A stretch of DNA of 53,586 nt from a virus (lineage: Duplodnaviria; Caudoviricetes). Below are positions 7,565 to 16,264 of the stretch, piece by piece; the stretch's first letter is position 1, and each line of letters starts with the position of its first letter. Below the pieces are notes generated by a model that was not told the DNA's origin, did no database searches, and worked only from the letters and a program-made list of their open reading frames with translations. The position numbers and the translations under genes were made by a program. The stretch spans positions 1 through 53,586 of the IMG/VR virus record IMGVR_UViG_3300044994_000102; one strand, given 5' to 3'.

Positions 7565-7909
7565 TCACTCGCCGCTGCCGCTGCCGTAGCCGCTGCCGCT
7601 GCCGTCGCCGCTGCCGTCGCCCCTGCCGTCGCCGCTGCCGCTGCCGCTGCCGTCGCCGTCGCCCCTGCCGTCGCCACTGCCGCTGCCGTCGCCCCTGCCG
7701 TCGCCGCTGCCGCCGCCGCTGCCGTTGCCGCTGCCGTAGCCGTTGCCGCTGTCGCCGCCGCTGCCGCTGCCGACGCCGTTGCCGCCGCCGTCGCCGCTGC
7801 CGACGCCGCTGCTCCTGCCCCTGCCGCTGCCCCTGCCCCTGCCGTCGCCGCTGCCGTTGCCGCTGCCGCCGCCGTTGCCGCTGCCGCTGCCGTCGCCTAC
7901 TTCACCCAT
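7565..7909 (-). CDS. Gly-X (G-S/D/N/Y/R) repeat protein
   Basis: Nearly pure GGC-NNC hexamer array; overlaps the end of the upstream gene. Confidence 0.6.
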   Translation of the reverse strand: MGEVGDGSGSGNGGGSGNGSGDGRGRGSGRGRSSGVGSGDGGGNGVGSGSGGDSGNGYGSGNGSGGGSGDGRGDGSGSGDGRGDGDGSGSGSGDGRGDGSGDGSGSGYGSGSGE

Positions 7910-8211
7910 TCTGGTACCCCCTCAATGCTGATTCGCGCCCTGTCGCTGCAATCAAGGATCTCAAACGCATCCAGCAACTCAACACGCGAGACCGGCGCGG
8001 GGAATTTACAGTTGGACGGATCGCTCGTCCCAGTAGTAGCGAGCTGTGAGAGTGATGCCGCCCCGCTCCAAAACCAGAGCCGCCGAGCATTCCGAAGTAC
8101 GACTTCTCTCTCTTTGCGTGACACAAACACCCCGGCGAACACCCCTGCCAGATGGCTTCTCACAATCACGTATCGCTCTTCATCCTTCCCTTGTTTTGTC
8201 TCTGTTGACAT
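7897..8211 (-). CDS. DUF6948-like phage protein
   Basis: YVIVRSHLAGVFAG...VVLRNARRLWFWSGAASLSQLA; family usually adjacent to Gly-X repeats (recalled, not searched). Confidence 0.7.
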   Translation of the reverse strand: MSTETKQGKDEERYVIVRSHLAGVFAGVFVSRKEREVVLRNARRLWFWSGAASLSQLATTGTSDPSNCKFPAPVSRVELLDAFEILDCSDRARISIEGVPEWVK

Positions 8212-8257
8212 AAAATCCCCTTACTTTTCTACTTCAGATCCTCGATGCCCGCCCCCT

Positions 8258-8503
8258 TTATGGTCGCAGCGCCCGGCGAACGGCCTCCTCGAGCTCGCTC
8301 GTCTCCCGCCCGATGATCCGGACGATGGCTTGAACGGCCTCCTCGCGTCGGCACATGCCGGTTCGGACCTTATCGATTACCCCCATCACCTCCTGCTCGA
8401 GTGTCACCTGCTTCGGTGGCAGGTCAACGAACGCCCGCAGGTTCAGGCCATCACCTGCAAAGTTGGCGGGGATGTGTTTCGTGTCACCGTTCAGTTTCGA
8501 CAT
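8258..8503 (-). CDS. Hypothetical protein
   Basis: 81 aa, GGAGG RBS. Confidence 0.6.
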   Translation of the reverse strand: MSKLNGDTKHIPANFAGDGLNLRAFVDLPPKQVTLEQEVMGVIDKVRTGMCRREEAVQAIVRIIGRETSELEEAVRRALRP

Positions 8504-8516
8504 GGGCCTCCGTCAG

Positions 8517-8792
8517 TTACCTTCTCCAGACGTTCCACACCCGGCACGAGAACGGCTTCCGGAGCGCGTCCCGGCCGTAGATGTACCGACCACGGCACAT
8601 CACTCCGCCAGACCAGTACAGGACCGCCGGCGTGTTCCACGAGCATGACACGCGAGCGTTGTGGGTCCGGCCGTAGAGCACGCCGTTCCTGTGGTTGATG
8701 CGGAAATAACCCGGGACGACGTAGGCGCACTGGGCCTCGGCGGTGGCGACGGTGGTCAGGGCTGCGATGGTGGCGATGAGGATGCGCTTCAT
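8517..8792 (-). CDS. Small secreted Cys-containing protein
   Basis: Signal peptide MKRILIATIAALTTVATAEA; ATGA overlap with the upstream gene. Confidence 0.6.
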   Translation of the reverse strand: MKRILIATIAALTTVATAEAQCAYVVPGYFRINHRNGVLYGRTHNARVSCSWNTPAVLYWSGGVMCRGRYIYGRDALRKPFSCRVWNVWRR

Positions 8793-9055
8793 GACCGCAC
8801 CCGCTCCGCCCGTAGCCGCTCGATCTCATCGACCAGGACGATCGACCAGTCCCGGCTGTGCTCGTGCCGGGCCTTGACATCGGCCATGACCAGCTCAAGC
8901 ACCTGCTCAGGCGTCTCGCCTTTGTTTCGCAGGGTGGCGAGCTCGGCGGCGGCATTCGTCCGGCACGCGCCGGGGGTCTGCCGTATCCGCTCGACCTCCT
9001 CGACTAGTTTCGCGGCATCGTCGACCGTGCCATCGAACTTACTCCTCGGTTCCAT
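8789..9055 (-). CDS. Hypothetical protein
   Basis: 88 aa, AGGAGGAG RBS; first gene after the structured leader. Confidence 0.65.
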   Translation of the reverse strand: MEPRSKFDGTVDDAAKLVEEVERIRQTPGACRTNAAAELATLRNKGETPEQVLELVMADVKARHEHSRDWSIVLVDEIERLRAERVRS

Positions 9056-9082
9056 TCTCCTCCTGATGCGTTCACACAGTTA

Positions 9083-9204
9083 ATCGCGGCGGCCGTGGTG
9101 GTTCGTCCGGCCCGGCGTCCACTCCACGCCGTCACTGAGTCCCTCTCGGTTGTCCGAGACCCTCTGCCCGTCCGCCCCCGACATCGGGGAACGGCCGCCA
9201 CGAT
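9083..9204 (-). ncRNA. Candidate structured RNA (multibranch leader or small RNA)
   Basis: 14-bp closing stem (9191-9204 with 9083-9096, one G-U) enclosing three hairpins (9176-9189, 9144-9159, 9113-9131); begins at the expected TSS of the 9224 promoter. Confidence 0.5.
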
Positions 9205-9207
9205 CGA

Positions 9208-9245
9208 AGGGTGCCACAAGTCTCAAAGGCGCGTCAACGCCTTTG
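9208..9245 (-). promoter_or_regulatory. Leftward promoter with a perfect operator
   Basis: CAAAGGCG-CGTCAA-CGCCTTTG (9224-9245); minus strand TTGACG-N18-CACCCT with an extended TG. Confidence 0.65.
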
Positions 9246-9537
9246 GCGAATCTCTTTGGCTGTGCAGCCGGAACACCACACCAGCCGCAGGAACAGCTCA
9301 GCGGCGAAGCACCGCCCGGTCAGGCCGAGGGCGGCGATCCACGCCTGGCCCTCGGTCGGCCCTGTTCCCCGAATCTCACTCGTCCTGTTGTCCACTATCG
9401 CCCAGCAGTTCATCGTTCTCCGGCCTCCTCACCCACAAAACTCCCGCCACGAAACCCAGCAGGAATCCGATCCATACCGCCATCACCCTAACCCCTCCAT
9501 CGAGCGTCCGGCCTCATGCCTCAACACACCCTGAATC

Positions 9538-9575
9538 CAAAGACATTGACTCATCTTTGCCTCGCGTGTCACCAT
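9538..9575 (+). promoter_or_regulatory. Rightward promoter with operator, upstream of the Cro-like gene
   Basis: CAAAGACA-TTGACT-CATCTTTG; TTGACT-N18-CACCAT; the ATG follows at 9582, so the transcript is probably leaderless. Confidence 0.6.
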
Positions 9576-9581
9576 AAATCT

Positions 9582-9893
9582 ATGCCCTACAACGAGATAA
9601 AGCGGCCCAAGAGTGCGAACCACATCAAGAGACTGTTTCAGTTGATCGCCGAACGGCACGGACGCCGCCACGAACTCGTACTCTGCGAACGCATCGACAT
9701 CGGGCCGCGGAGCGTGTGGGGCTGGACCCGGCGCGGTATCCCGGTGGGCTACTGGCCGCTGGTCGCCGAACTGGCGGGGGTGACGGTGGAGGAGGTGGCG
9801 GCGGGGCATCGGTGGTACGTTCGGGACCACGAGAGCCATCCATTCCGGCTTCGTCGTGGCAGAGCGGCCGGAGCTCCAGGAGCCGCTTCCTGA
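9582..9893 (+). CDS. Cro/YdaS-like HTH regulator
   Basis: LCERIDIGPRSVWGWTRRGIPVGYWPLVAELAGVTVEE resembles the Cro/YdaS HTH. Confidence 0.65.
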   Translation: MPYNEIKRPKSANHIKRLFQLIAERHGRRHELVLCERIDIGPRSVWGWTRRGIPVGYWPLVAELAGVTVEEVAAGHRWYVRDHESHPFRLRRGRAAGAPGAAS

Positions 9894-10155
9894 TCGCCTC
9901 CAAGTCCCAGCCGAGCGACTCGGCCACTTCCTGAGCCGAAAACCCTTTTGGCGCCGAGAAATCATCGAGGAACAGATACGCCGTGGCGCTCCTTCGGTCC
10001 TCCCGCTTCACGTTCACCGTTCCGCCGCGCCCACCACCAACGAAGTCAGCCCGGCTAAGAAAGTCACTCACGGCTCTGGAAAAGACCGCGGCCTGAAGAT
10101 TGTGCTCCGGGATACGGTTCGGCTCCTCCTCGCGGTCAATGGTGAAGTCGATCAT
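9625..10155 (-). CDS. Hypothetical protein, paralog of 16710..17042
   Basis: PEHNLQAAVFSRAVSDF...RRSATAYLF; the C-terminal low-complexity tail overlaps the Cro-like gene. Confidence 0.65.
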   Translation of the reverse strand: MIDFTIDREEEPNRIPEHNLQAAVFSRAVSDFLSRADFVGGGRGGTVNVKREDRRSATAYLFLDDFSAPKGFSAQEVAESLGWDLEAIRKRLLELRPLCHDEAGMDGSRGPERTTDAPPPPPPPSPPPVRRPAASSPPGYRAGSSPTRSAARCRCVRRVRVRGGVRAVRRSTETVS

Positions 10156-10157
10156 GC

Positions 10158-10982
10158 TTAAGTCGCCTCCGCAAACTCTTCCGCGGCCTTCTTCGCCCGT
10201 GCCTTGTCCTGCTCCGGGCACACCTGTCGGGCCGGGCAGAACCAGCACCACCCGCCCGCCTTCAGCTCACGAGGCTCCAACCCCATCATCTGCCTCACCG
10301 CCTTCTCGGCTCCGGCCTTGAGCTTCGCCTCCCACTCGTCGAGCTCCCACGCGGCGTACCACCACTCGGAGAAGAACTGCGGCAGGCGGGGCTGCACCAC
10401 CACCACCTTCACCTGCTCGAGCTTCTTCTTGCTGTTCCGTTTCAGGGCCGCTGCGTAGTACGCGAGCTGTACCGAGGTCTCCGGGTTGACCCGCTTCCCC
10501 TTGCCGTACTTCAAGTCCACCACCATCCCCGTCGCGGCGCCCTTCCTGACACCGGAGCACACAAAATCGAGGGTGCCGAACATCCCGAGATCTTGGTCCA
10601 AGACAAGCCGGTGCTCGATCCTGACCGCCGGCGGGGCGTCGAACGCGGCCACCTGATCCAGGCACACGTTCACGTAGGTCATGGCGTAGTCCACCATGCT
10701 CCACATCCGGCCGTCGCCCGTCGGGAACTCCGTGTCGGCGTACTCCGGGCGGAGGGTGTCAACCCACGCCTCGTCCAGCCGCCGCTCGTTACTTTCCCAG
10801 TGCCGGAGGATGCGCTCGGCCAGCTCGTGGCACCGCGTGCCCTCCAGGGCGTACGGCGCCGGCGGCTCCTCTGGTAGCCCCTGGGAAAGCCCGATGCTGC
10901 CGGGGCAGTTGAGCCACCGCTCGGCCCCGGAGGCAGAGCAGACGGCGTGAGCACGCCCCTTGTGGTCGGGGGCGGCGGTCAT
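10158..10982 (-). CDS. DUF2800 (Cas4-like PD-(D/E)XK) exonuclease
   Basis: HAVCSASGAERWLNCPGS, EGTRCH, FGTLD, VVDLKYGKG, QLAYYA, WCWFCPARQVCP. Confidence 0.88.
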   Translation of the reverse strand: MTAAPDHKGRAHAVCSASGAERWLNCPGSIGLSQGLPEEPPAPYALEGTRCHELAERILRHWESNERRLDEAWVDTLRPEYADTEFPTGDGRMWSMVDYAMTYVNVCLDQVAAFDAPPAVRIEHRLVLDQDLGMFGTLDFVCSGVRKGAATGMVVDLKYGKGKRVNPETSVQLAYYAAALKRNSKKKLEQVKVVVVQPRLPQFFSEWWYAAWELDEWEAKLKAGAEKAVRQMMGLEPRELKAGGWCWFCPARQVCPEQDKARAKKAAEEFAEAT

Positions 10983-11203
10983 TGGCCGACCTTCTCATGC
11001 CCGGTGAAGGCGCGGAAGAGCCGCCACGCCTTCATCTCCATGTCGAAACCGACCCCGCGCTCGGTCTCCGAGTTGGCGAACGTCACGTTAACGGTCCACT
11101 GGCCGTCCCCGTCGAGGCGGGGCTCCTCGAACTCTGTCACCGTCTCGGCGTTCCCCCACCGCCCCGCGGCCCACGGTACGAATTTCGTCATATCCCTCCG
11201 CAC
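10979..11203 (-). CDS. Hypothetical protein
   Basis: Coupled to DUF2800 by an ATGA overlap; likely start MTKFVP after GGAGG. Confidence 0.55.
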   Translation of the reverse strand: MRRDMTKFVPWAAGRWGNAETVTEFEEPRLDGDGQWTVNVTFANSETERGVGFDMEMKAWRLFRAFTGHEKVGQ

Positions 11204-11204
11204 G

Positions 11205-11239
11205 AAAAGGGGGCGACGCCCACACTAGGCGCCACCCCC
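11205..11239 (-). terminator. Probable rho-independent terminator after the ssDNA-binding gene
   Basis: Imperfect GC stem followed by TTTT on the minus strand. Confidence 0.45.
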
Positions 11240-11250
11240 ATTGTTTCTCC

Positions 11251-11814
11251 TTACAGCTCGTCCGCCGATGCCGCCGCCTCGAACGCCTCGAACTCGTCCT
11301 CGGCCTTGACCCCGCTACCGCCGAAGGGCTCGTCGTCCCGCACCTTCTGGACGTTGTTCAGGTAGGCGGTGACGCCCGTATTCCCGAGCGAGTTGTAGCT
11401 GCCGAAGATGACGGACAGCCGCCCCCAGCACCCGCCGTAAATCTCGTCCTTGTCCTCGATGGGCTTGCGGTCCGGGCCAACCACACCAGGGCGCTTCGTC
11501 GTCTTAGCGCGGATCACCCAGTGCCCCTTGTAGATGGGATCGTCCTTATCGTCGCCATCGCGAATCGTCGGGTGCGTCTGCTTGTCCTGCCCCTTCCACT
11601 TCGCCCCGAACGCCTCTTTCCCGACCCTCTCGACCGCCGCCAGCAGCGGGGAGATGTCGGTCTTCTTCGGGATGAGGAGCGTCACCTCGAACTTCCCCTC
11701 CTTGGTCTCGTCCAGGCTCTTCGCCCGCTCGAACACGCTCGGATAGCTGAACCGCCCCAGCGGGGTGATGATCCTGTCCGAGTAAACGTTGTCGTTCTTT
11801 TTTCCTTGTGCCAT
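11251..11814 (-). CDS. DUF2815 / T7 gp2.5-like ssDNA-binding protein
   Basis: RFSYPSVF, KFEVTLLIPK, IRDGD, IYGGCWGR, LNNVQKVRDDEPFGG, acidic tail. Confidence 0.9.
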   Translation of the reverse strand: MAQGKKNDNVYSDRIITPLGRFSYPSVFERAKSLDETKEGKFEVTLLIPKKTDISPLLAAVERVGKEAFGAKWKGQDKQTHPTIRDGDDKDDPIYKGHWVIRAKTTKRPGVVGPDRKPIEDKDEIYGGCWGRLSVIFGSYNSLGNTGVTAYLNNVQKVRDDEPFGGSGVKAEDEFEAFEAAASADEL

Positions 11815-11883
11815 GCCGCACGTCCTTGTTGTTCGCCCTCCGACGCCGCCGGGCTCATTCCCCGCAGTCGCCGTCCGGCATCA

Positions 11884-13212
11884 TCAATCCTGTAAAACTT
11901 TCGTGATGTCCCGCTGCTTCCGCATCACGGCCCGGGTGACAGCCTCATCGAGGCTGTCCGGCACTACGAGGTAAATGGCGCGCGTGATCTCCGTCTGTGT
12001 CACGCGGAACACCCGCCCCTCGCCCTGCTCGTTGTCGGAGGGCACCCATGACGCCTCGACGAACACGACCGTGCTCGAGCGTGTGAGCGTGACCCCCGTG
12101 TTCGCCGCCGTCAGGGACGCCAGGAACACCTGGGCCTCCCCGTTCTGAAAGGCGTCCACCGCCACTTGCCGCTCCGCGGGCGCCGTCTCACCCGTGATGC
12201 CCACGACGGTGATGCCTCGCTCGGTGAACCCGTCACGCATCTCCCGAATCACGTCCCGGTGGTGGGCGAACACCACCGCGCTCCCGGCCTCTTCGAGCAG
12301 GTCGCACACGTACTCCACGGCCGGCCCGGCCTTGAGCAGCCCGAGCTTCCGGCGTGCGGTGGAGATGGCGTCACTCTGGAGCGGGACGCCCGACTCGACG
12401 GCCTGAACTACGCGGTCGACCATTTCGGCGACGTCAGCAAAATGGTCCTGACACTCCGCGACCCGGAGCGCGGGCACCTCGAGCGGCATCGTCTGCCGCA
12501 CCAGCGGCGGCAGTTGCCCGAGAACCTCTCCCTTCTGCCGCCGCACCATGAACCGCTCCCGCGCCTTGCGCCCGAGGTCTTCAAGATTCTTCGAGCGGGG
12601 ATAGGTGACGCCCCACGGCGTCTCCTCCGGGACGCAGTACGCGTTGCGGAACGGCTCCCAGCGGCCGAACAGGTCCGGGGCGAGCCGCGAGAACAGCGTC
12701 CACGCCTCGGCCGCCCGGCCGTTCGGCAGCGGCGTGCCGGTGATGGCGAGGCGGTACGTCGCGCGGCCCCATAGCACCACCATGCAGACGCGCGCCCGCT
12801 GGGAACTCGGGCTCTTGAGGTAGTGCGCCTCGTCGAAGATGAGCCCGTCCCACTCCTCGCGCCGTAGGCGATCGAGAACGGCGGGGCGGCACGCGAGGTC
12901 GTAACTCACGACGACCACCTCGGCGGCGTCCACGAGTGGCACGTCCCGGCCGCTCCGCATGACGGCGGGCCGGTACTGCCCGCCGCTCCACCGCAGCATC
13001 TCACGCCGCCAGTTCTCTTTAAGGCTCGACGGGCAGACCACGAGGATGCGCCGCAGCCCGAGGCCCTGAAACGTCAGTACGGCTTGCGGCGTCTTTCCCG
13101 CGCCGGGCGGATCGGCCAACAGGGCGGCACGGTTCGATCGCATCAGACGAGTGACAGCCTCGATGCCGTCACGCTGGTACTGGAAGAGTGAGTCCGAAAC
13201 GCCCGCCGTCAT
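11884..13212 (-). CDS. SNF2-family (SF2) helicase
   Basis: YQRDG, LLADPPGAGKT, DEAH, TGTPLPN, QGEGRVFR. Confidence 0.9.
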   Translation of the reverse strand: MTAGVSDSLFQYQRDGIEAVTRLMRSNRAALLADPPGAGKTPQAVLTFQGLGLRRILVVCPSSLKENWRREMLRWSGGQYRPAVMRSGRDVPLVDAAEVVVVSYDLACRPAVLDRLRREEWDGLIFDEAHYLKSPSSQRARVCMVVLWGRATYRLAITGTPLPNGRAAEAWTLFSRLAPDLFGRWEPFRNAYCVPEETPWGVTYPRSKNLEDLGRKARERFMVRRQKGEVLGQLPPLVRQTMPLEVPALRVAECQDHFADVAEMVDRVVQAVESGVPLQSDAISTARRKLGLLKAGPAVEYVCDLLEEAGSAVVFAHHRDVIREMRDGFTERGITVVGITGETAPAERQVAVDAFQNGEAQVFLASLTAANTGVTLTRSSTVVFVEASWVPSDNEQGEGRVFRVTQTEITRAIYLVVPDSLDEAVTRAVMRKQRDITKVLQD

Positions 13213-13280
13213 GTTACTCGTTATCTGTTGCGTCCGAGCATGACGTGTAGCATGCTGCGGGTCTCAGGGTCAACGAGTGA

Positions 13281-13475
13281 ATGATTGCAATCATGAGAAA
13301 GACAGAGACGAATAAAAAGTCATCCGCATTCCTTAAGCTCTACTCGGTCCGGTTGGACACCGCCGCCGCCAAGAAGGTTGCGCGGCTAAGAAAAGGGCGA
13401 GCGTCTCAGAACCAGGTGTTCGTCGACGCCATTGAGGCACTGTACCGCGAAGCCATCAAGCCCACCTCGAACTAA
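13281..13475 (+). CDS. Small RHH-like DNA-binding protein
   Basis: YSVRLD strand plus helices; divergent from SNF2 and upstream of the primase. Confidence 0.5.
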   Translation: MIAIMRKTETNKKSSAFLKLYSVRLDTAAAKKVARLRKGRASQNQVFVDAIEALYREAIKPTSN

Positions 13476-13499
13476 CCGTCTGCCGCACCCCGGAGGACT

Positions 13500-15845
13500 A
13501 TGGCGTCGAGCACGACGGAGAGGGATCCCGTTCTCGAAACGGCCCTCGCGTACATCGCCGAAGGCATCAACTGCACGCCGGTGTATGGCCCCAAGGCGCG
13601 GGTAACGGATGCCGGGAAACGCCCTCGGCTCGACGCCTGGCAGAACTTGCGGCTCACGTCCGACGAATACCGGAAGGCCCACCGCAAGGGGGATAACGTC
13701 GGGGTCGTCACCGGCCGAACCTCAGGGCTGATCTGCGTTGACTGCGACAAAAAGGACGACCCCGCCCGGTGCGGCGTTCTCTGGTTCATCGAGAACGAGG
13801 CGCGGCTCGGGCAGTTCGTTCGCGAGGACACGCCGCGAGGTGGCATCCACCTCTGGTACCGCTACCCAGCGGGGCGGGACTTCGTTCCCTCCAAGGGGAA
13901 ACTATTCCCGGGCGTCGACTTCATGGCGGACGGCGGGCGGCAGGTGGTGACATGGCCGTCCGGACACAAAAACGGGTCGTACGTCTTTAGACAGGGGTTG
14001 TCCCTGATTGATGTCGCCGATGAGGCCGGGGAGATCCCAGAATGGATACTCGAAGAGGCAGACCGCGCACACCGGGTGAGTCTCGCGACCGCCCCGAAGG
14101 CGGCCCCTGGGCCCGTCGACGAAAGCCTCATCGACATCCCGCAAGAGATCGACCGAGCCCGCGAACGCATGAAGACCTACCCGGCGGCGATAGAGGGTGA
14201 AGGCGGCGACTTTCGCACCGTCCAGGCCGCGTGGGAGTGCAAGAAGTATAACCTGTCGCCAGAGACCACCCTCCAGCTCTTGGCCGAAATTTACAACCCC
14301 AGGTGCGAACCGCCGTGGGCTTTGAAAGACCTCGCGGTGAAAGTGCGAAACGCCTACAAGTACGGTAAGGAGCCATCGGGCAAGGAGACAGCGGCGAACG
14401 ACTTCCCGCCCGACGACCCGGCCGCCCTGGCCGCGAGCGTGGACGACGTCCGCCCGCCGGGCGCCTACCAGCCGCGCCTGCCCATCGCCTCCGCTCGCCA
14501 CTTCATCGAGCGGAACAGAGGCCGCGTGCTCTGCCAGCAGGGGCAGATGTACGTCTACCGCGACCGAAACGCCCACTGGGACATGGTCGACGACGAGCTG
14601 TTCGAGGCCACCATCCTCCGCGACATCAACGCCGAGGACGCGGACGCCTGCAAGAAGCTCAAAATGGGCCAGCTCCGGGACATCGCCCGCGCCGTCAAGC
14701 GAGAGCTCCAGGCGGCCGCCGCCGACGAGATCGTGCCAGACACCTGGCTCGACGGCCGCGCGGGGCAGTTCGTCCCGCTCAGGAACGGCATCCTCGACGT
14801 CGGCACCGGCGAGTTACTCCCGCACGACCCGACGTGGTTTTCGTTCACCACCCTCCCGTTCGACTACGCCCCCGCGGCCCAGTGCCCGGCCTTTCTCGAC
14901 TTCCTCGCATCCGTCTGGGACGGGGACGATGACCTCGTCCGGGCCATGCGGCTGTGGATGGGGTACGTGCTCACCTCGAGCATGAGCGCCCAGAAGTTCG
15001 CCGTCCTCATCGGCGAGAGCCGGGCTGGGAAGTCCACCCTCGCCCGCGTCATCGAGGGGCTCGTCGGGAAGCGGAACACCGTCGCCTGCTCGCTCATGCT
15101 GTTCGGCGGCGACTTCGGCCTGGAGCCGGTGCTCGGCAAGCGGCTCGCCATCTTCAACGACGCACAGCGGCTCCACGGCACCGCCGGGGACATCGCCACC
15201 GAGCGGATCATCTCCATCGTGGGCAACGACCCGCAGCCGGTGAACCGGAAGAACCGGGGGATCCTGACGGTCCACCTGCCCGCCAAGATCATGCTCGTCT
15301 GCAACGAGATCCCGCACTTCGTGAACCGCCGCGACGCGCTGACCAACCGGATGCTCGTGTTCCCGTTTCGGAAGAGCTTCAAGGGCAAGGAGGACCTGAC
15401 CCTGCACGACCGGCTCATGGCCGAGCTGCCCGGAATCCTCAACTGGGCACTCGACGGCGCACGGGCCATCATGGGCGGGGAGAAGCTGCACCAGGCGGCC
15501 GCAGGCGAGGCCGCGGTCCAGGAGATCGCCGAGATCCTCGACAGCATCCAGGGGTTCCTGTCCGACGCCGTCGAGTTCACCAACGACACCGCCGCGAGGG
15601 ACTCGTTCGTCACGTCGACCGACCTCTACGACGCCTACAAGCGGTGGTGCCGGGACGCCAACATGGGCACCCACGGGATGAAGCGGTTCTTTCAGGAGTT
15701 CAAGAGCAAGGCCCGGGACCGCGTCACCGCCGCCCGTTCCCCCGACCGGAAGCGCGTCAAGGGGTACTACGGCTTGCGGCTCGTGACCGGCTCCGTGGCC
15801 GACTTCCCGCCCAGCTACCACGAAAATGACGACATGGAGCTCTGA
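13500..15845 (+). CDS. Bifunctional primase-polymerase fused to a P4/D5-family SF3 helicase
   Basis: N-terminal NVGVVTG..SGLICVDCD, TPRGGIHLWY, PS.H; C-terminal LRNGILD, GESRAGKS Walker A, ALTNRMLVFPF, LPGILNWAL. Confidence 0.9.
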   Translation: MASSTTERDPVLETALAYIAEGINCTPVYGPKARVTDAGKRPRLDAWQNLRLTSDEYRKAHRKGDNVGVVTGRTSGLICVDCDKKDDPARCGVLWFIENEARLGQFVREDTPRGGIHLWYRYPAGRDFVPSKGKLFPGVDFMADGGRQVVTWPSGHKNGSYVFRQGLSLIDVADEAGEIPEWILEEADRAHRVSLATAPKAAPGPVDESLIDIPQEIDRARERMKTYPAAIEGEGGDFRTVQAAWECKKYNLSPETTLQLLAEIYNPRCEPPWALKDLAVKVRNAYKYGKEPSGKETAANDFPPDDPAALAASVDDVRPPGAYQPRLPIASARHFIERNRGRVLCQQGQMYVYRDRNAHWDMVDDELFEATILRDINAEDADACKKLKMGQLRDIARAVKRELQAAAADEIVPDTWLDGRAGQFVPLRNGILDVGTGELLPHDPTWFSFTTLPFDYAPAAQCPAFLDFLASVWDGDDDLVRAMRLWMGYVLTSSMSAQKFAVLIGESRAGKSTLARVIEGLVGKRNTVACSLMLFGGDFGLEPVLGKRLAIFNDAQRLHGTAGDIATERIISIVGNDPQPVNRKNRGILTVHLPAKIMLVCNEIPHFVNRRDALTNRMLVFPFRKSFKGKEDLTLHDRLMAELPGILNWALDGARAIMGGEKLHQAAAGEAAVQEIAEILDSIQGFLSDAVEFTNDTAARDSFVTSTDLYDAYKRWCRDANMGTHGMKRFFQEFKSKARDRVTAARSPDRKRVKGYYGLRLVTGSVADFPPSYHENDDMEL

Positions 15846-15850
15846 CCCGG

Positions 15851-16212
15851 AGCGGACCCATCGGACCCATCAGCGGACCCGTGCGGACCTTTGGTTTCCG
15901 CACGGGTCCGCTGCTTTTCGCTAATAGTTCCACACACCTACGGTAGTTGCGGACCTTTGCGGACCCATTTTCGGAATAATTGTTCCGGCGAGTTTTTCCC
16001 GGTTACTCCTCTCTCCCCCCATACCCCCCTCTCTATCTATACCTGTTTGAGTGTCTCACGCGGAGTAGTCAGAAAAAGGGTCCGCAAAGGTCCGCAAACG
16101 AGGTAAACACCACAAACCATAGGAGAATTCGTGCGGACCTTTCAAGGCTCGAAAGGTCCGCAATGGGTCCGCAAAGGTCCGCAATGGGTCCGCAAATGTC
16201 CGCAAAGGTCCG
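15851..16212. repeat. Iteron cluster, probable replication origin
   Basis: About 16 copies of a (GC)GGACC core, mostly GCGGACC on the left and GGTCCGC on the right, around a pyrimidine-rich centre directly after the primase-helicase. Confidence 0.75.
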
Positions 16213-16264
16213 CTGCGGGTGGTAGGTAGTGGCCCCCTGGCTGGCAGTGCTACCCTCGGGGCAG

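Noticed and set aside
7340-8698. 452-aa poly-Ala ORF on the plus strand (also 5978..6421, 6208..6735)
   Set aside because: Antisense shadow of the Gly-codon arrays and of minus-strand genes with clear RBSs
10158-10982. Cas4 adaptation gene belonging to the cas locus
   Set aside because: It is the DUF2800 nuclease beside DUF2815 and SNF2 in the replication module, 5 kb from the operon, and there is no cas1/cas2
11850-11866. Half I-E repeat (minus strand GCGGGGAATGAGCCCG)
   Set aside because: No matching 5' stem arm and only one copy; plausible by chance in GC-rich DNA
15851-16212. CRISPR-like repeat array or the ORFs 16056..16271 and 16069..16386
   Set aside because: Units are 10-11 bp, without spacers and in both orientations; the periodic ORFs are by-products of the iterons
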